Of a stretch of DNA of 44,770 bases, positions 43,878 through 44,770 are shown piece after piece. The stretch covers positions 1-44,770 of IMG/VR virus record IMGVR_UViG_3300005611_000055; one strand, given 5' to 3'. The stretch is from a virus. Lineage: Duplodnaviria > Caudoviricetes. Under the pieces are notes generated by a model. It worked only from the letters and a program-made list of their open reading frames with translations. It searched no databases and had not been told where the DNA came from. Each line of letters starts with the position of its first letter. The stretch's first letter is position 1. The position numbers and the translations under genes are program-made.

Positions 43878-44487
43878 TTTTCCTTCGTCGCTTGATGCGT
43901 TTACGAATCCGTCGTCTACTGATGCTTTGGATTCGGTGTCGGTTCCTCATGCTACGCAGCATTCTGATTTGAATGATGCTGTGGAGGCGTTGGAGGCGAA
44001 GGTGGGTGCGGATTCGAGCGCGGTTGCTACGTCGCATGATTACAAGATCGCAGCGTTGGAGTCGGATGTTGCTGGCTTAGTCACGGGCAAGATTTTGCAG
44101 GTTGTGCGAGCCACGGATACGACAAGGCGAACAACTACTAGCACATCGTTCGGTGATGCAAACATCAGTGTGACCATTACTCCGACCGCCGCGACGAGCA
44201 ACATTCTCTTGGTCTGGTCATCGTATGTGACTAGCACCAATGGCTACACCGAGTTTATCATTACTGACTCGTCAGATGTTTCTGTGATGGGCAGCCAAGT
44301 TGCTATCGGCGACAACATTAGCGGAAGTTTTTACACTCAGGCAACTTTTGTTGTGTGGGATTCACCGGCTACAACGTCGGCCACAACCTACAAAGGCCGT
44401 TGGCGTAAGGGGGCCGTGGGGACTAGCAGTGCTTTGGAGAACAATATTTGGGATGGGCAACTGTTTGCTATTGAGGTGGGAGCATGA
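43867..44487 (+). CDS. Fibre/appendage protein, copy B (MATNFP anchor + GKILQVV domain)
   Basis: Paralog of 41042-41668 with a divergent C-terminal domain. Confidence 0.7.
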   Translation: MATNFPSSLDAFTNPSSTDALDSVSVPHATQHSDLNDAVEALEAKVGADSSAVATSHDYKIAALESDVAGLVTGKILQVVRATDTTRRTTTSTSFGDANISVTITPTAATSNILLVWSSYVTSTNGYTEFIITDSSDVSVMGSQVAIGDNISGSFYTQATFVVWDSPATTSATTYKGRWRKGAVGTSSALENNIWDGQLFAIEVGA

Positions 44488-44744
44488 CCGACTACATCGC
44501 CGTCCTACTGACTAACTATTCCGGCGCTCAATGGTCGCTGTCCGGCAACGACTACGACACGCTGATTTGGCATGACGACACGCCGAAGCCGACCCAAGCC
44601 GAGTTGGATGCCGCATGGCCAGCAGTCCAACAAGCACAAGCCGATGCTGTGGCCGCAAAAGAAGCCGCCAAGCAGTCCGGTATCGCCAAACTGGAAGCCC
44701 TCGGACTCACCGTGGACGAGGTGTCCGCAGTCTTCGGAGTCTAA
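44484..44744 (+). CDS. Fibre chaperone-like protein (XkdW-like), copy B
   Basis: Identical core DDTPKPTQAELDAAWPAVQQAQADA shared with 41665-41934. Confidence 0.6.
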   Translation: MTDYIAVLLTNYSGAQWSLSGNDYDTLIWHDDTPKPTQAELDAAWPAVQQAQADAVAAKEAAKQSGIAKLEALGLTVDEVSAVFGV

Positions 44745-44770
44745 CAATGGCACGGCTGTACGAGTCGTCC
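44694..44770. repeat. Terminal direct repeat, identical to 1-77
   Basis: Exact match to the start of the window. Confidence 0.92.

Noticed and set aside
41665-44744. Diversity-generating retroelement (template/variable repeat) in the duplicated fibre and chaperone genes
   Set aside because: Differences between copies are mostly synonymous and not adenine-specific, both copies are intact ORFs, and no reverse transcriptase is present.

Overview
The window is an apparently complete ~44.7 kb dsDNA phage genome. Bases 1-77 equal 44694-44770, an overlap that looks like an assembly artefact of a circular or permuted contig. Gene content suggests a podovirus-like virion: terminase, portal, large internal/ejection proteins, scaffold, SU10-like major capsid, adaptor, nozzle and several fibre cassettes, with no tape measure or tail tube recognised. 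The host is probably an actinobacterium (WhiB, short-arm tRNA-Leu(UAA), leaderless TATACT promoters), possibly Acidimicrobiia. A + strand late arm (22.7 kb around to 8.0 kb) carries morphogenesis and lysis genes. A - strand early arm (21.5 kb to 8.0 kb) carries two tRNAs, SSB, DUF932, a Cas4/RecB-like nuclease, a gp3/RDF-like recombination protein, RuvC and WhiB. No DNA polymerase, primase, helicase or integrase was recognised. The least explained part is the 19.4-22.7 kb control region. It holds several blocks of strand-specific ssDNA-type hairpins (GC-GNA-GC and GA-flanked mini-hairpins, all on the + strand), a 183-nt rod, a perfect DnaA box, a high-GC two-gene island and an abrupt AC-to-GT skew switch. 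Other highlights are a tRNA-sized four-way junction between the two tRNAs, a two-start GH25/M15 endolysin with a duplicated N-terminus, three single antisense genes inside operons, a degenerate CpaE/Ssd-like ATPase and a triplicated fibre-anchor cassette array. Family calls are from motif recognition by eye; no searches were run.
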